Shown here one piece after another: positions 55,555-64,000 of a stretch of 64,000 nt of DNA. Position 1 is the stretch's first letter. Each line of letters opens with the position of its first letter. The notes below the pieces were generated by a model, which saw nothing but the letters and a program-made list of their open reading frames with translations, was not told where the DNA came from and made no database searches. Source of the stretch: an uncultured Acidobacteriota bacterium (GTDB lineage Bacteria; Acidobacteriota; Thermoanaerobaculia; Gp7-AA8). The stretch spans positions 1,216,001 through 1,280,000 of the forward strand of contig CAVUKB010000007.1 in NCBI GenBank assembly GCA_963741955.1, in the 5' to 3' direction. A program made the position numbers and the translations under genes.

Positions 55555-56505
55555 GTGAATCGATACAGAGTCGTACCTTCGATCCTCTTCCTCGCCACCC
55601 TGGCGCTGCCCTCCTTCGCGCAGCCGGCGAAGACGGTGCAGGAGAGACTCGGATATCCGGCGACGGCGCGTCTGCTGATCATCCATGCCGACGACCTCGG
55701 GATGGCGCACTCGGTGAATCGGGCGACGTTCGAAGCGCTGGAGAATGGGTGGATCACGTCCGCGAGCATCATGGTTCCGACTCCGTGGTTCGCCGAAGCG
55801 GCGCGATGGGCTCGTGCGCATCCGGATGCCGATCTCGGAATTCATCTGACTCTCAACTCCGAGTGGGCCGATTACCGCTGGGGTCCGGTTGCCCTGCGGG
55901 GCGAGGTCGGATCGCTGCTCGACGGCGACGGATACTTTGAGGTGGTGGAAGAGCCGGTGGTCGAAAAGGCGCGGCCGGAAGAAGTCGAGCGTGAGCTGCG
56001 GGCGCAGGTCGACAAGGCTCGCGCGGCGGGAGTGAGGATCTCTCATCTCGATTCCCACATGGCAACCCTGTTCCGTTCGGAACCTCTGTTCGAGGTTTAC
56101 CAGCGGCTCGGAAGGAGCTACGGCATTCCCCTTCTCATCGAGCGCCAGGGCGCGCGTGGGGGAGCGGAGTCGGAATCGGCGAAGGCGAAAGACGGTGCAC
56201 TCGTGGACCGGGTGGTGTCGATTCAACCCGGAGTGCCGATCTCGGAGTGGCCCGCAGCGTACGAGGCGATCCTCTCTCGACTGCCGCCCGGCGTGTACCA
56301 GCTGATCGTTCATCTCGCGTACTCGGATCCCGAGATCCGAGGCGCGACTCGGGATCATCCCGACTGGGGAGCGGCCTGGAGGCAGGCGGATCTCGATCTC
56401 GTACGCAGCGACGGGTTTCGGCGGTTCCTGAAGGATCAGGGGTTCGTGCTGATCGGCTGGAGTGATCTCTCCCGCGCGCTCGGCACGCCTTACGACCGCC
56501 ATTGA
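55555..56505 (+). CDS. ChbG/YdjC-family deacetylase, secreted
   Basis: LIIHADDLG, SASIM, GIHLTL, SHLDSHM; signal peptide. Confidence 0.9.
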   Translation: MNRYRVVPSILFLATLALPSFAQPAKTVQERLGYPATARLLIIHADDLGMAHSVNRATFEALENGWITSASIMVPTPWFAEAARWARAHPDADLGIHLTLNSEWADYRWGPVALRGEVGSLLDGDGYFEVVEEPVVEKARPEEVERELRAQVDKARAAGVRISHLDSHMATLFRSEPLFEVYQRLGRSYGIPLLIERQGARGGAESESAKAKDGALVDRVVSIQPGVPISEWPAAYEAILSRLPPGVYQLIVHLAYSDPEIRGATRDHPDWGAAWRQADLDLVRSDGFRRFLKDQGFVLIGWSDLSRALGTPYDRH

Positions 56506-56540
56506 GAGACATCGTCAGACACGGGTGCGGAGGAAGAGAC

Positions 56541-57461
56541 ATGACGACTCACGACGCGACTCTTGGGGCGGAGCTCGGCGGACCCGAGCTCCGGGGAGCC
56601 TCGAGCGAGGCGATCATCGGAGTGGATCTCGGAGGAACGCGGGTCCGCGCCGGAAGAGTGAGGGATGGGAAGATCGAATGCAGTGTCTCCCACCGGATCT
56701 CCGGTGCGGAGGCGGTGGACGTCGTCCTCGGCGAGATTTTCGAAGCGATCGACGAAGTCGCCGACGGAAGTTGTGCCGGAATCGGATGCGGCGTCCCGAG
56801 CGTGGTCGACGTCGCGCACGGCATCGTCTATGCCGTCGAGAACATCCCCTCGTGGCAGGAAGTCCCGTTTCAGGACGAGCTGGAGCGGCGATATCTGGTC
56901 CCGGCGCGCATCAACAACGACGCGAATGCATTCGCGGTCGGCGAGCTCTATTTCGGCCAGGGGCGTGGGCATCGCAATCTGGTGGGAATTACCATCGGAA
57001 CCGGACTCGGTTCCGGGGTGGTGATCGACGGCCATCTCTACAGCGGAACGAACTGCGGCGCGGGAGAGATCGGGAACATTCCCTATCGCGACGGCACGCT
57101 CGAGAGCTTCTGTTCCGGAGCATTTCTCAGGCGCGAGAGCGGGATGGACGGAGAGGCGGTGTTCGCCCGTGCACGGGACGGAGATCCGGCCGCGCTCGAG
57201 CTCTTTCGTTCACTGGGGGGTGCGGTCGGCGATGCCGTGATGATCGCACTCTACGCGTACGACCCGGAGATCGTGATTCTGGGAGGATCGGTGAGTCGCG
57301 GCTATGCCTTCTTCGAAAAGGAGATGCGCCAGCGCCTGAGGGGTTATGCTTTCGCCCATGCGCTGGGGCGGCTGCACATCGTCCGTAGTGAGATCGAAGA
57401 CGTCGCACTCCTCGGGGCGGCAGCGATCTATCTCGATTCACATTTGACTAAAACGATTTAG
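56541..57461 (+). CDS. ROK-family sugar kinase
   Basis: GVDLGGT, NNDANAFAVGE, TIGTGLGSG, AGEIG. Confidence 0.93.
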   Translation: MTTHDATLGAELGGPELRGASSEAIIGVDLGGTRVRAGRVRDGKIECSVSHRISGAEAVDVVLGEIFEAIDEVADGSCAGIGCGVPSVVDVAHGIVYAVENIPSWQEVPFQDELERRYLVPARINNDANAFAVGELYFGQGRGHRNLVGITIGTGLGSGVVIDGHLYSGTNCGAGEIGNIPYRDGTLESFCSGAFLRRESGMDGEAVFARARDGDPAALELFRSLGGAVGDAVMIALYAYDPEIVILGGSVSRGYAFFEKEMRQRLRGYAFAHALGRLHIVRSEIEDVALLGAAAIYLDSHLTKTI

Positions 57462-57472
57462 CTGAGTAGGAT
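57444..57472 (+). promoter_or_regulatory. Sigma70 promoter with overlapping LacI operator
   Basis: TTGACT-17 bp-TAGGAT; near-palindrome CTAAAACGATTTAG at 57448-57461. Confidence 0.8.
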
Positions 57473-57531
57473 GCCGGAAGATTTTCATCGGCAGAAATTC
57501 ATCCGGAGCGGGACCGGCAGGAGGAGTCGCA

Positions 57532-58647
57532 GTGACGGCTGGCGGTGCGAAAGCGGCACGTAAGGGGAGGGAGAAGAAGGGGCATTCCAGGCTTCCGACT
57601 CTCAAGGACGTCGCGCTTCATCTCGGGCTCTCGCCCGCGACGATCTCGCTGGTTCTGAACCAGTCTCCTGCCGCGGAGGCGATTCCGAAGGAGACGCAGG
57701 AGCGGGTCTTCGAGGCCGCGCGCGCGCTCGGATACCGGCCGAACTATCTGGCCCGGTCGCTGCGCAGCCGGCGGAGCCATTCGATCGGAGTGCTGGTCCC
57801 GGAGATCAGCGATCCGTACGCTTCGGAGATCGTGAGCGGAATCGAGAGTCATCTGCTGGGCGAGGGCTACCACTATCTGGTCACCAGTCACCGGCGCTCG
57901 ACACCGGAGATCCTGGAACAGGATCTGGAACTCTTTGCGCACCGCGCAATCGACGGGATGATCCTCGTCGCGACGGAGCTGCAGCGGGCACCGGGATTTC
58001 CGGCGGTGGTGATCTCCGGTCACCGGCGTCTGAAGGGCGTGTCGAACGTCGTGATCGACCACGATCGGGCGGCGCACCTCGCGCTCTCGCATCTGATGGA
58101 GCTCGGGCATCGCCGCATCGCATTCTTCAAGGGACAGCCGGGAAGCTCCGACACCGAGGACCGCTCGCGGGCGATCGTGGAAGCGGCGGCCGCGCTCGGA
58201 CTCGAGATCCGGCCCGAGCTGGTCCTGCAGCTCAGCGGAGAGGAGTCGGACGAAGTCTTCTCACCGGAAGATCCATTTCAGGAAGGGTACGCGTTCGGCC
58301 GCAAGCTGCTCGAGCGGAAGGTTCCCTTCACCGCGCTCTTCGCGTTCGACGACGCTTCGGCCATCGCTGCGGGGCGGGCATTCCTCGACGCCGGCCTCCG
58401 CGTTCCGGAAGACGTCTCCGTGGTCGGGTTCGACGACATTCAGTGCGCTGCGTTCCACAATCCCAGACTGACTACTGTGCGACAACCGCTGCGGGAGATG
58501 GGGCAGACCGCGGCACGCGTCCTCCTCGAACGCCTGACCGGCCAGGAGCGGGCCGACGATGCTTTCGTCGTGCTCGAACCGCAACTGATCGTCCGCGACT
58601 CCACCGGCCCGGTGCGACGGGAGGCGAAACGAAAAAAACGAGGATGA
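57532..58647 (+). CDS. LacI-family transcriptional regulator
   Basis: TLKDVA...SPATISLVLN, YRPNYLARSL, VPEDVSVVGFDD, LTTVRQP. Confidence 0.95.
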   Translation: MTAGGAKAARKGREKKGHSRLPTLKDVALHLGLSPATISLVLNQSPAAEAIPKETQERVFEAARALGYRPNYLARSLRSRRSHSIGVLVPEISDPYASEIVSGIESHLLGEGYHYLVTSHRRSTPEILEQDLELFAHRAIDGMILVATELQRAPGFPAVVISGHRRLKGVSNVVIDHDRAAHLALSHLMELGHRRIAFFKGQPGSSDTEDRSRAIVEAAAALGLEIRPELVLQLSGEESDEVFSPEDPFQEGYAFGRKLLERKVPFTALFAFDDASAIAAGRAFLDAGLRVPEDVSVVGFDDIQCAAFHNPRLTTVRQPLREMGQTAARVLLERLTGQERADDAFVVLEPQLIVRDSTGPVRREAKRKKRG

Positions 58648-58651
58648 CGCA

Positions 58652-61282
58652 ATGCGAAGCAGTGCTCACTCTACCGCTCCATGGATCGTCTTCGCTCTGG
58701 CATTGTTCACCGGGTGCGCACACTGGACGCCACCTCCCGCTCCCGGACCCATCCCTCTCGAACAGAACTGGCGGATTCAGTCCTCTGCGGCAGCTCCCGC
58801 AGAGGGAAGGGAGATCTCTTCCACCGGCTTCGACGCGTCGAGCTGGATTCCCGCGTCCGTACCATCCACCGTGTTCGCCGCCCAGCTCCGGAACGGCGAC
58901 GTTCCCGACCCGTTCGAGGGGAGGAATCTCGAGACCCTCCCCTCCGAGCCTTACGAGGTTCCCTGGTGGTACAGGAGCGAGTTCTCTCTGGAGGGAAGAC
59001 CGGCGGACGGACGGCTGATCTTCGAAGGGATCAACTATCGGGCCGAAGTCTGGCTGAATGGGCGGAAGGTGGCCGGCCCGGACTCGGTGTACGGCGCATT
59101 CCGCGTATTCGACCTCGACGTCACGCGTCATCTCCGCGCGGGGAGGAACGTTCTCGCGGTGAAGGTCTTTCCTCCGCAACCGGGTGATCCGACCATCGGC
59201 TTCGTGGACTGGAACCCCGAATCGCCGGACAACTATCTCGGCATCTGGCGTCCGGTGACTCTGAAGACGACCGGCGCCGCGTCGCTCGACGCCGTCTGGG
59301 TTCGAGGTGACGTCGATCCTCGAAACCTCGAGAAGGGTCAGGTCTCCATTGGAGGAAAGCTGGTCAACCACACCTCACGGCGGCTGATGGTCACGGTGAG
59401 AGGGCGAATCGGTCCGGATCGGAAGATCACGTTCGAGCGATCGGTCTCACTGAAACCGCGCGAGGCGCGCGATCTCGTCTTCGCTCCGGATGAAATTCCG
59501 CAGCTGGCCATCGCGTCACCCCGCCTATGGTGGCCGAACAACCTCGGGGACCCGAATCTCTATTCGCTGCAGGTCGAAACCCTGACCGGCGACGGGATCT
59601 CCGACCGGTTCGAGACGCAGTTCGGAATCCGGCACGTCGAGGACTACATCAACGCGGAGGGGTACCGCGGTTACAGGATCAACGGCCGCCCCCTCCTCCT
59701 GCGCGGCGGCGGATGGGCCGACGATGTCCTCCTGAGAGAAGACCCTCAGCGTCTCGAGGATCAGATCCGTTACGTGCGGCACATGAACCTGAACACCGTC
59801 CGGCTGGAAGGCTTCTGGGGAAACACCCAGCGTCTCTTCGATCTCACCGATCGCTACGGAATCATGGTCTGGGCCGGCTGGAGCTGTCAGTGGGAGTGGG
59901 AGGACTATCTCGGCCAGCCGGTGGACGAGAAGTTCGGCGGGATCGACACCGCCGAGGAGATCGATCTGATCACCCATTCGCTGCGCGATCAGGTGGTCAG
60001 ACTCCGCAACCATCCCAGCGTGATTCTCTGGGTCCTGGGGAGCGACATGCTTCCCCGTCCGGAGCTCGAACGGCGCTATCTCGACGACCTCGCGCGGATC
60101 GACCCGACGCGGCCTTCGCTCAGCGCCTGCTCGGTTCGAACCAGCGAAGTGACCGGACCGAGCGGGGTGAAGATGGAGGGGCCGTACGAGTGGGTTCCGC
60201 CGAACTACTGGTTCGACGAGAAGGCACCCGGAGGAGCGTTCGGTCTCAACACCGAGACTGGCCCCGGTGCGCAGCCGCCGGTGGCGGAGAGCCTTCGGCG
60301 GATGCTTCCAAAAGAGAGCTGGTGGCCGATCGACGAGATGTGGGCCTACCACTCGGCGCGACACGAGTTCAAGAATCTCGATCGCTACGTCGCGGCGATG
60401 AACGCGCGCTATGGGCCGGCGAAGGATCTCGACGACTTCGCGCTCCGGGCTCAGATGGTGAACTACGAAGCGATGCGCGCGATGTTCGAATCGTTCTCGC
60501 TGCGCCGCCCGGTCGCGACCGGCATCATCCAGTGGATGATGAACTCCGCCTGGCCGGAGATGTACTGGCAGTTCTACGACTACTACCTCGTGCCGACCGG
60601 CGCGTTCTATGCGGCGCGCGATGCGAGCCGCCCCGTTCACATCGCGTACGATCACGGCACGGGGAAGCTGGTCGGGATCAACGACACGAACCAGCCCCTC
60701 GACGCGACTGCCCGGGTGCGCGTCTACGATGCGAGCTCGCAGCCATTGCTCGACCAGCGCGTGCCGCTCGTTCTCGCACCAGGCGAGCGACGGGCCGCTT
60801 TCGAGCTCCCGGCGGAGCTCTCGGGAGCGTTCCGGTTCGTCGACGCGAGAATCGAGGCGAACGACGGCACCCTCCTGGATCAGAACTTCTACTGGCTTCC
60901 GGCCAAACCCGACGTTCTCGATTGGGGAAAGGGTGAGTGGTTCTACACGCCGGTCAAAGAATTCGCCGATCTGACGGCGGTGAACCGGCTGCCGCCGGTG
61001 ACGCTCGCAGTCGATCATCACTTCACGCGAACCGCGGATGGAACGGCGGTCGACGTGACTCTCGACAATCCGACCCCGAACATCGCGTTCTTCGTCGAGC
61101 TTTCGGTGGCGGGTGAGAAGACGGGAGCTCTCGCCGCGCCGGTGTTCTGGGATTCCAACTACGTCACTCTCGTTCCCGGAGAGAGCCGCAAACTGCACGC
61201 GACGTTCCCTTCACATGCGCTCCAGGGTGAGGAGCCGGTGCTGCACGTCCGCGGAATGAATGTCGGAGGAGCCGCACAATGA
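58652..61282 (+). CDS. GH2 exo-beta-D-glucosaminidase/beta-mannosidase-like lipoprotein
   Basis: FTGC lipobox; FEGINYRA, DWNP, NLNTVRLEG, LRNHPSV, KMEGPYEWVPPNYW, NTETGPG, WMMNSAWP. Confidence 0.88.
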   Translation: MRSSAHSTAPWIVFALALFTGCAHWTPPPAPGPIPLEQNWRIQSSAAAPAEGREISSTGFDASSWIPASVPSTVFAAQLRNGDVPDPFEGRNLETLPSEPYEVPWWYRSEFSLEGRPADGRLIFEGINYRAEVWLNGRKVAGPDSVYGAFRVFDLDVTRHLRAGRNVLAVKVFPPQPGDPTIGFVDWNPESPDNYLGIWRPVTLKTTGAASLDAVWVRGDVDPRNLEKGQVSIGGKLVNHTSRRLMVTVRGRIGPDRKITFERSVSLKPREARDLVFAPDEIPQLAIASPRLWWPNNLGDPNLYSLQVETLTGDGISDRFETQFGIRHVEDYINAEGYRGYRINGRPLLLRGGGWADDVLLREDPQRLEDQIRYVRHMNLNTVRLEGFWGNTQRLFDLTDRYGIMVWAGWSCQWEWEDYLGQPVDEKFGGIDTAEEIDLITHSLRDQVVRLRNHPSVILWVLGSDMLPRPELERRYLDDLARIDPTRPSLSACSVRTSEVTGPSGVKMEGPYEWVPPNYWFDEKAPGGAFGLNTETGPGAQPPVAESLRRMLPKESWWPIDEMWAYHSARHEFKNLDRYVAAMNARYGPAKDLDDFALRAQMVNYEAMRAMFESFSLRRPVATGIIQWMMNSAWPEMYWQFYDYYLVPTGAFYAARDASRPVHIAYDHGTGKLVGINDTNQPLDATARVRVYDASSQPLLDQRVPLVLAPGERRAAFELPAELSGAFRFVDARIEANDGTLLDQNFYWLPAKPDVLDWGKGEWFYTPVKEFADLTAVNRLPPVTLAVDHHFTRTADGTAVDVTLDNPTPNIAFFVELSVAGEKTGALAAPVFWDSNYVTLVPGESRKLHATFPSHALQGEEPVLHVRGMNVGGAAQ

Positions 61283-62601
61283 GCCGACGCCACCCCTGGA
61301 TCGTCCTGCTGGTCTTTCTGATCTTCTTCGTCATTTCCTTTCTGACCAACATTCTCGGACCGCTGATCCCCGACATCATCAGCGGATTCCACCTCAGTCT
61401 CGCTCTGGCGGGATTCCTTCCGTTCGCGTTCTTCATCGCATACGGGGTGATGTCGATTCCGGCGGGGATGCTGCTGGAGCGCTTCCGCGAGAAGCCGGTG
61501 ATGATCGCGGCGTTCGGAATCGCGTTCGCGGGCTCGCTTCTCTTCGCGTCCATGCCGACGTTTCAGGTCGCGCTGATCTCTCTCTTCATGATCGGGATCG
61601 GAATGACCATGCTGCAGGTGGCGATCAACCCTCTCCTCCGCGTCTCCGGAGGGGAGGAGCACTTCGCCGCGAACGCGGTCGCGGCGCAGCTGGTGTTCGG
61701 GAGCGCGTCGTTCCTCAGCCCCTTCGTCTACTCGTATCTGGTGACCCATCTCCAGGCCCGGCCCGACGCGGCGGCCGCCACGCAAGGTCCGCTGCTGGGA
61801 ACCCTCGCCCGGGTCGTTCCTCAGAATCTCCCGTGGGTGTCGCTCTACTGGGTGTTCACCATCGTGACGGTTTTAATGGTCGTAGTCCTGGCGCTGATCC
61901 GAATGCCGCGCTACGAGCTCGCCGAGGACGAGCGGATCGGTCCGTGGACGGCGCACAAGGACCTGCTCCGGAACCCGGCAGTGTTCTTCTATTTCATCGC
62001 GATCTTCTGTTACGTCGGTACCGAGCAGGGCGTAGCGAACTGGATCTCGAAATTCCTCGAGACCTACCACGGGTTCGACCCGCAGGTCGAAGGAGCGCAT
62101 GCGGTGGCGATGTTCTGGGGGCTGATGACCGTCGGTTGCGTACTCGGTCTGGTTCTCCTCAAGCTGTTCGATTCCCGCCGCGTGCTGATCGGGTTCGCGA
62201 TCGCGGCACTCCTCACGCTGAGTGCGGCACTCTTCGGACCGGCGATGGTCGCCTACTACGGATTCATGATGGTGGGATTCTTCCTCTCGGTGATGTGGTC
62301 GGTGATCTTCTCGCTCGCCCTCAACTCCGCCGAACGGCATCACGGATCCTTCTCCGGAATTCTCTGTACCGCGATCATCGGAGGAGCGTTCGTTTCCCTG
62401 GCGGTCGGCTGGCTAGGCGACCGATTCGGGCTTCGCACCGGAATGCTGCTCATCTACGTGACGCTCGGATACATCCTGAGCATCGGCTTCTGGGCGAGAC
62501 CGCTGATCGACAACGCCACCATGAGCTTCCGTGAGCTCACACTCGCGACGGGACGCGTACTCTCGCGCCTCTGGACGCCGCGGCCGACCACGCCGCAATG
62601 A
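61279..62601 (+). CDS. FucP/GluP-type MFS sugar transporter
   Basis: About 12 TM; FFIAYGVMSIPAG, LQVAINP, FCYVGTEQG. Confidence 0.9.
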   Translation: MSRRHPWIVLLVFLIFFVISFLTNILGPLIPDIISGFHLSLALAGFLPFAFFIAYGVMSIPAGMLLERFREKPVMIAAFGIAFAGSLLFASMPTFQVALISLFMIGIGMTMLQVAINPLLRVSGGEEHFAANAVAAQLVFGSASFLSPFVYSYLVTHLQARPDAAAATQGPLLGTLARVVPQNLPWVSLYWVFTIVTVLMVVVLALIRMPRYELAEDERIGPWTAHKDLLRNPAVFFYFIAIFCYVGTEQGVANWISKFLETYHGFDPQVEGAHAVAMFWGLMTVGCVLGLVLLKLFDSRRVLIGFAIAALLTLSAALFGPAMVAYYGFMMVGFFLSVMWSVIFSLALNSAERHHGSFSGILCTAIIGGAFVSLAVGWLGDRFGLRTGMLLIYVTLGYILSIGFWARPLIDNATMSFRELTLATGRVLSRLWTPRPTTPQ

Positions 62602-62611
62602 GGAGATCATC

Positions 62612-64000
62612 ATGAGGCGTTCTTACTGGTTGCTCGCATTGCTCCTGACCGTTGCGTGCGCAACGACGAAAACACCTCCGCCGGCTGCGACCGCCGAAGG
62701 GGGTCATCCACATCTCGCGGTCGGCTTCCGCTACTCGGCGTACGGGCCCGACTACAATCCGGGACCGGCCTATTGGAGTGGCGTCGGAGATCGGATGGTC
62801 TCGCGCTTTCCCGGTTCGAAGCCGGCGACGGTGTGGATCGTCGGAAGGATCGCGGGCGAGGGAACGGAGCTCAGCTTCCCCGGCTCGAGTGACGATCCGC
62901 TGATCCGCTATGCGGACCAGGACGCGAACGAGGCGGCGTTGACGCTCTTCGATCAGCGCGGGTTCGACTGCTGGCTCCAGGTCGAGCCGGGAAACGCTTC
63001 GGTGGAGAAGCTGATCGATATCGTGCTCGACCGCTACGGAAGCCATCCATGCGTGGTCGGCATCGGGGTCGATGTCGAATGGTTCCGATCCGTGGAAGAA
63101 CCGGAGGGTGACGCGGTCACGGACGCCGACGCCTCGGCGTGGCTCGCCGCGGTGCGGCGACATGACCCCGCGTACCGCCTCTTCCTCAAGCACTGGATGG
63201 AAGAGAAGATGCCGCCGACGGTTCGGGAAGGAATTCTCTTCATCGACGACAGCCAGATCTTTCCCTCCCTCGACGCGATGATCGACGAATTCACGGAATG
63301 GGGCCGCTCCTTCGCGTCGGCGCCGGTGGGGTTCCAGTTCGGTTATCCGAGCGACCGTCCGTGGTGGCAGAAGCTCGACGATCCGGCGAAGGCGATCGGG
63401 CAACCGCTGGTCGAGCGGGTGCCGAATCTCGAAGGGCTGTATTGGGTCGACTTCACCGTGCTGGACGTCTTTCCGCCGCCTCCGGACGTCGTCGCGGCTC
63501 ACATGAAGGGATCCCCCGAGTGGGCGACGAATCCGATCGTCGGGGTCAAGATGTACGAGCTCCCCGCCGATCTCGAACAGATGTTCGCGAAGTGGAACGA
63601 GCTCGGTGTGACGACGGCGTTCGTCGGAGAGAGTGTGGCGGAAGACGACGCGTTCCGACGCGCTGCATCCGAGCGAGGGGTCGACGTCTTCATCATCGTT
63701 CCGGTGTTTCAGAATCCGGAAGCGCTGAAGGCAGATCCCGATCTCGTCGCGATCACCTCGAAAGGAGCGCCCGCGAAGGACGACTGGGTGGAATTCGTCT
63801 GTCCGTCGCGGCAGTCTTACCGGGAGGAGAGGGTGCAGCACGTGCGTGATCTCGTGACGCGCCTCCACCCCCAGGGGGTGAGTCTCGATTTCATCCGCCA
63901 CTTCGTCTTCTGGGAAAAGGTCCACCCGGGAACGAAGCACGGGGACATTCCGAACGCCTGCTTCTGCGACCACTGCGTGAAGGGGTTCACCGAAAAGAGC
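62612..64000 (+). CDS. Lipoprotein with two putative glycoside-hydrolase-like TIM-barrel domains (second GHL10-like); 3'-truncated and absent from the ORF track
   Basis: Hand translation from ATG 62612 (SD GAGGAG): MRRSYWLLALLLTVAC...WLQVEPG...GIGVDVEW...FVCPSR...GVSLDFIRH...CFCDHC; open to the window end. Confidence 0.75.
   Translation, partial: MRRSYWLLALLLTVACATTKTPPPAATAEGGHPHLAVGFRYSAYGPDYNPGPAYWSGVGDRMVSRFPGSKPATVWIVGRIAGEGTELSFPGSSDDPLIRYADQDANEAALTLFDQRGFDCWLQVEPGNASVEKLIDIVLDRYGSHPCVVGIGVDVEWFRSVEEPEGDAVTDADASAWLAAVRRHDPAYRLFLKHWMEEKMPPTVREGILFIDDSQIFPSLDAMIDEFTEWGRSFASAPVGFQFGYPSDRPWWQKLDDPAKAIGQPLVERVPNLEGLYWVDFTVLDVFPPPPDVVAAHMKGSPEWATNPIVGVKMYELPADLEQMFAKWNELGVTTAFVGESVAEDDAFRRAASERGVDVFIIVPVFQNPEALKADPDLVAITSKGAPAKDDWVEFVCPSRQSYREERVQHVRDLVTRLHPQGVSLDFIRHFVFWEKVHPGTKHGDIPNACFCDHCVKGFTEKS

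Overview
High-GC bacterial window; the gene content (PD40-propeller Ser/Thr kinase, PilZ protein, ACIII-caa3 operon) suggests Acidobacteriota/Thermoanaerobaculia-like, which is inference only. 1-9.9 kb: alternative complex III (actB-F plus an actG-like gene) joined to an A2-type caa3 cytochrome c oxidase operon, with no SCO gene. 9.9-28.3 kb: an accessory region dominated by several modular REP-like repeat families. It holds two toxin-antitoxin pairs sitting between copies of a ~360-bp repeat, an IS1380 inserted in a repeat unit (TTAG TSD), a frameshifted kinase, two long tandem arrays (6 x ~225 bp; 11 x 202-265 bp) and, between those arrays, a Cyc2-like cytochrome-porin plus a monoheme cytochrome c. 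28.3-37.6 kb: hemerythrin, PilZ protein, gdhA with a receiver/PEP-synthase-like protein, a zinc-finger membrane protein and a methyltransferase. 37.7-39.5 kb: an AbrB-like ORF + DDE insertion sequence flanked by a 20-bp direct repeat that is itself a REP-like palindrome. 39.6-45.5 kb: a CzcCBA-type efflux operon led by a CxxC/RAPP putative arrest peptide. 49-64 kb: a LacI-controlled amino-sugar/glycan utilisation locus (GH3, three deacetylase folds, ROK, GH2 exo-glucosaminidase-like, MFS, GH-like lipoprotein) with two visible operators. No rRNA, tRNA or CRISPR array was found. All family calls come from motif recognition by eye, not database searches.
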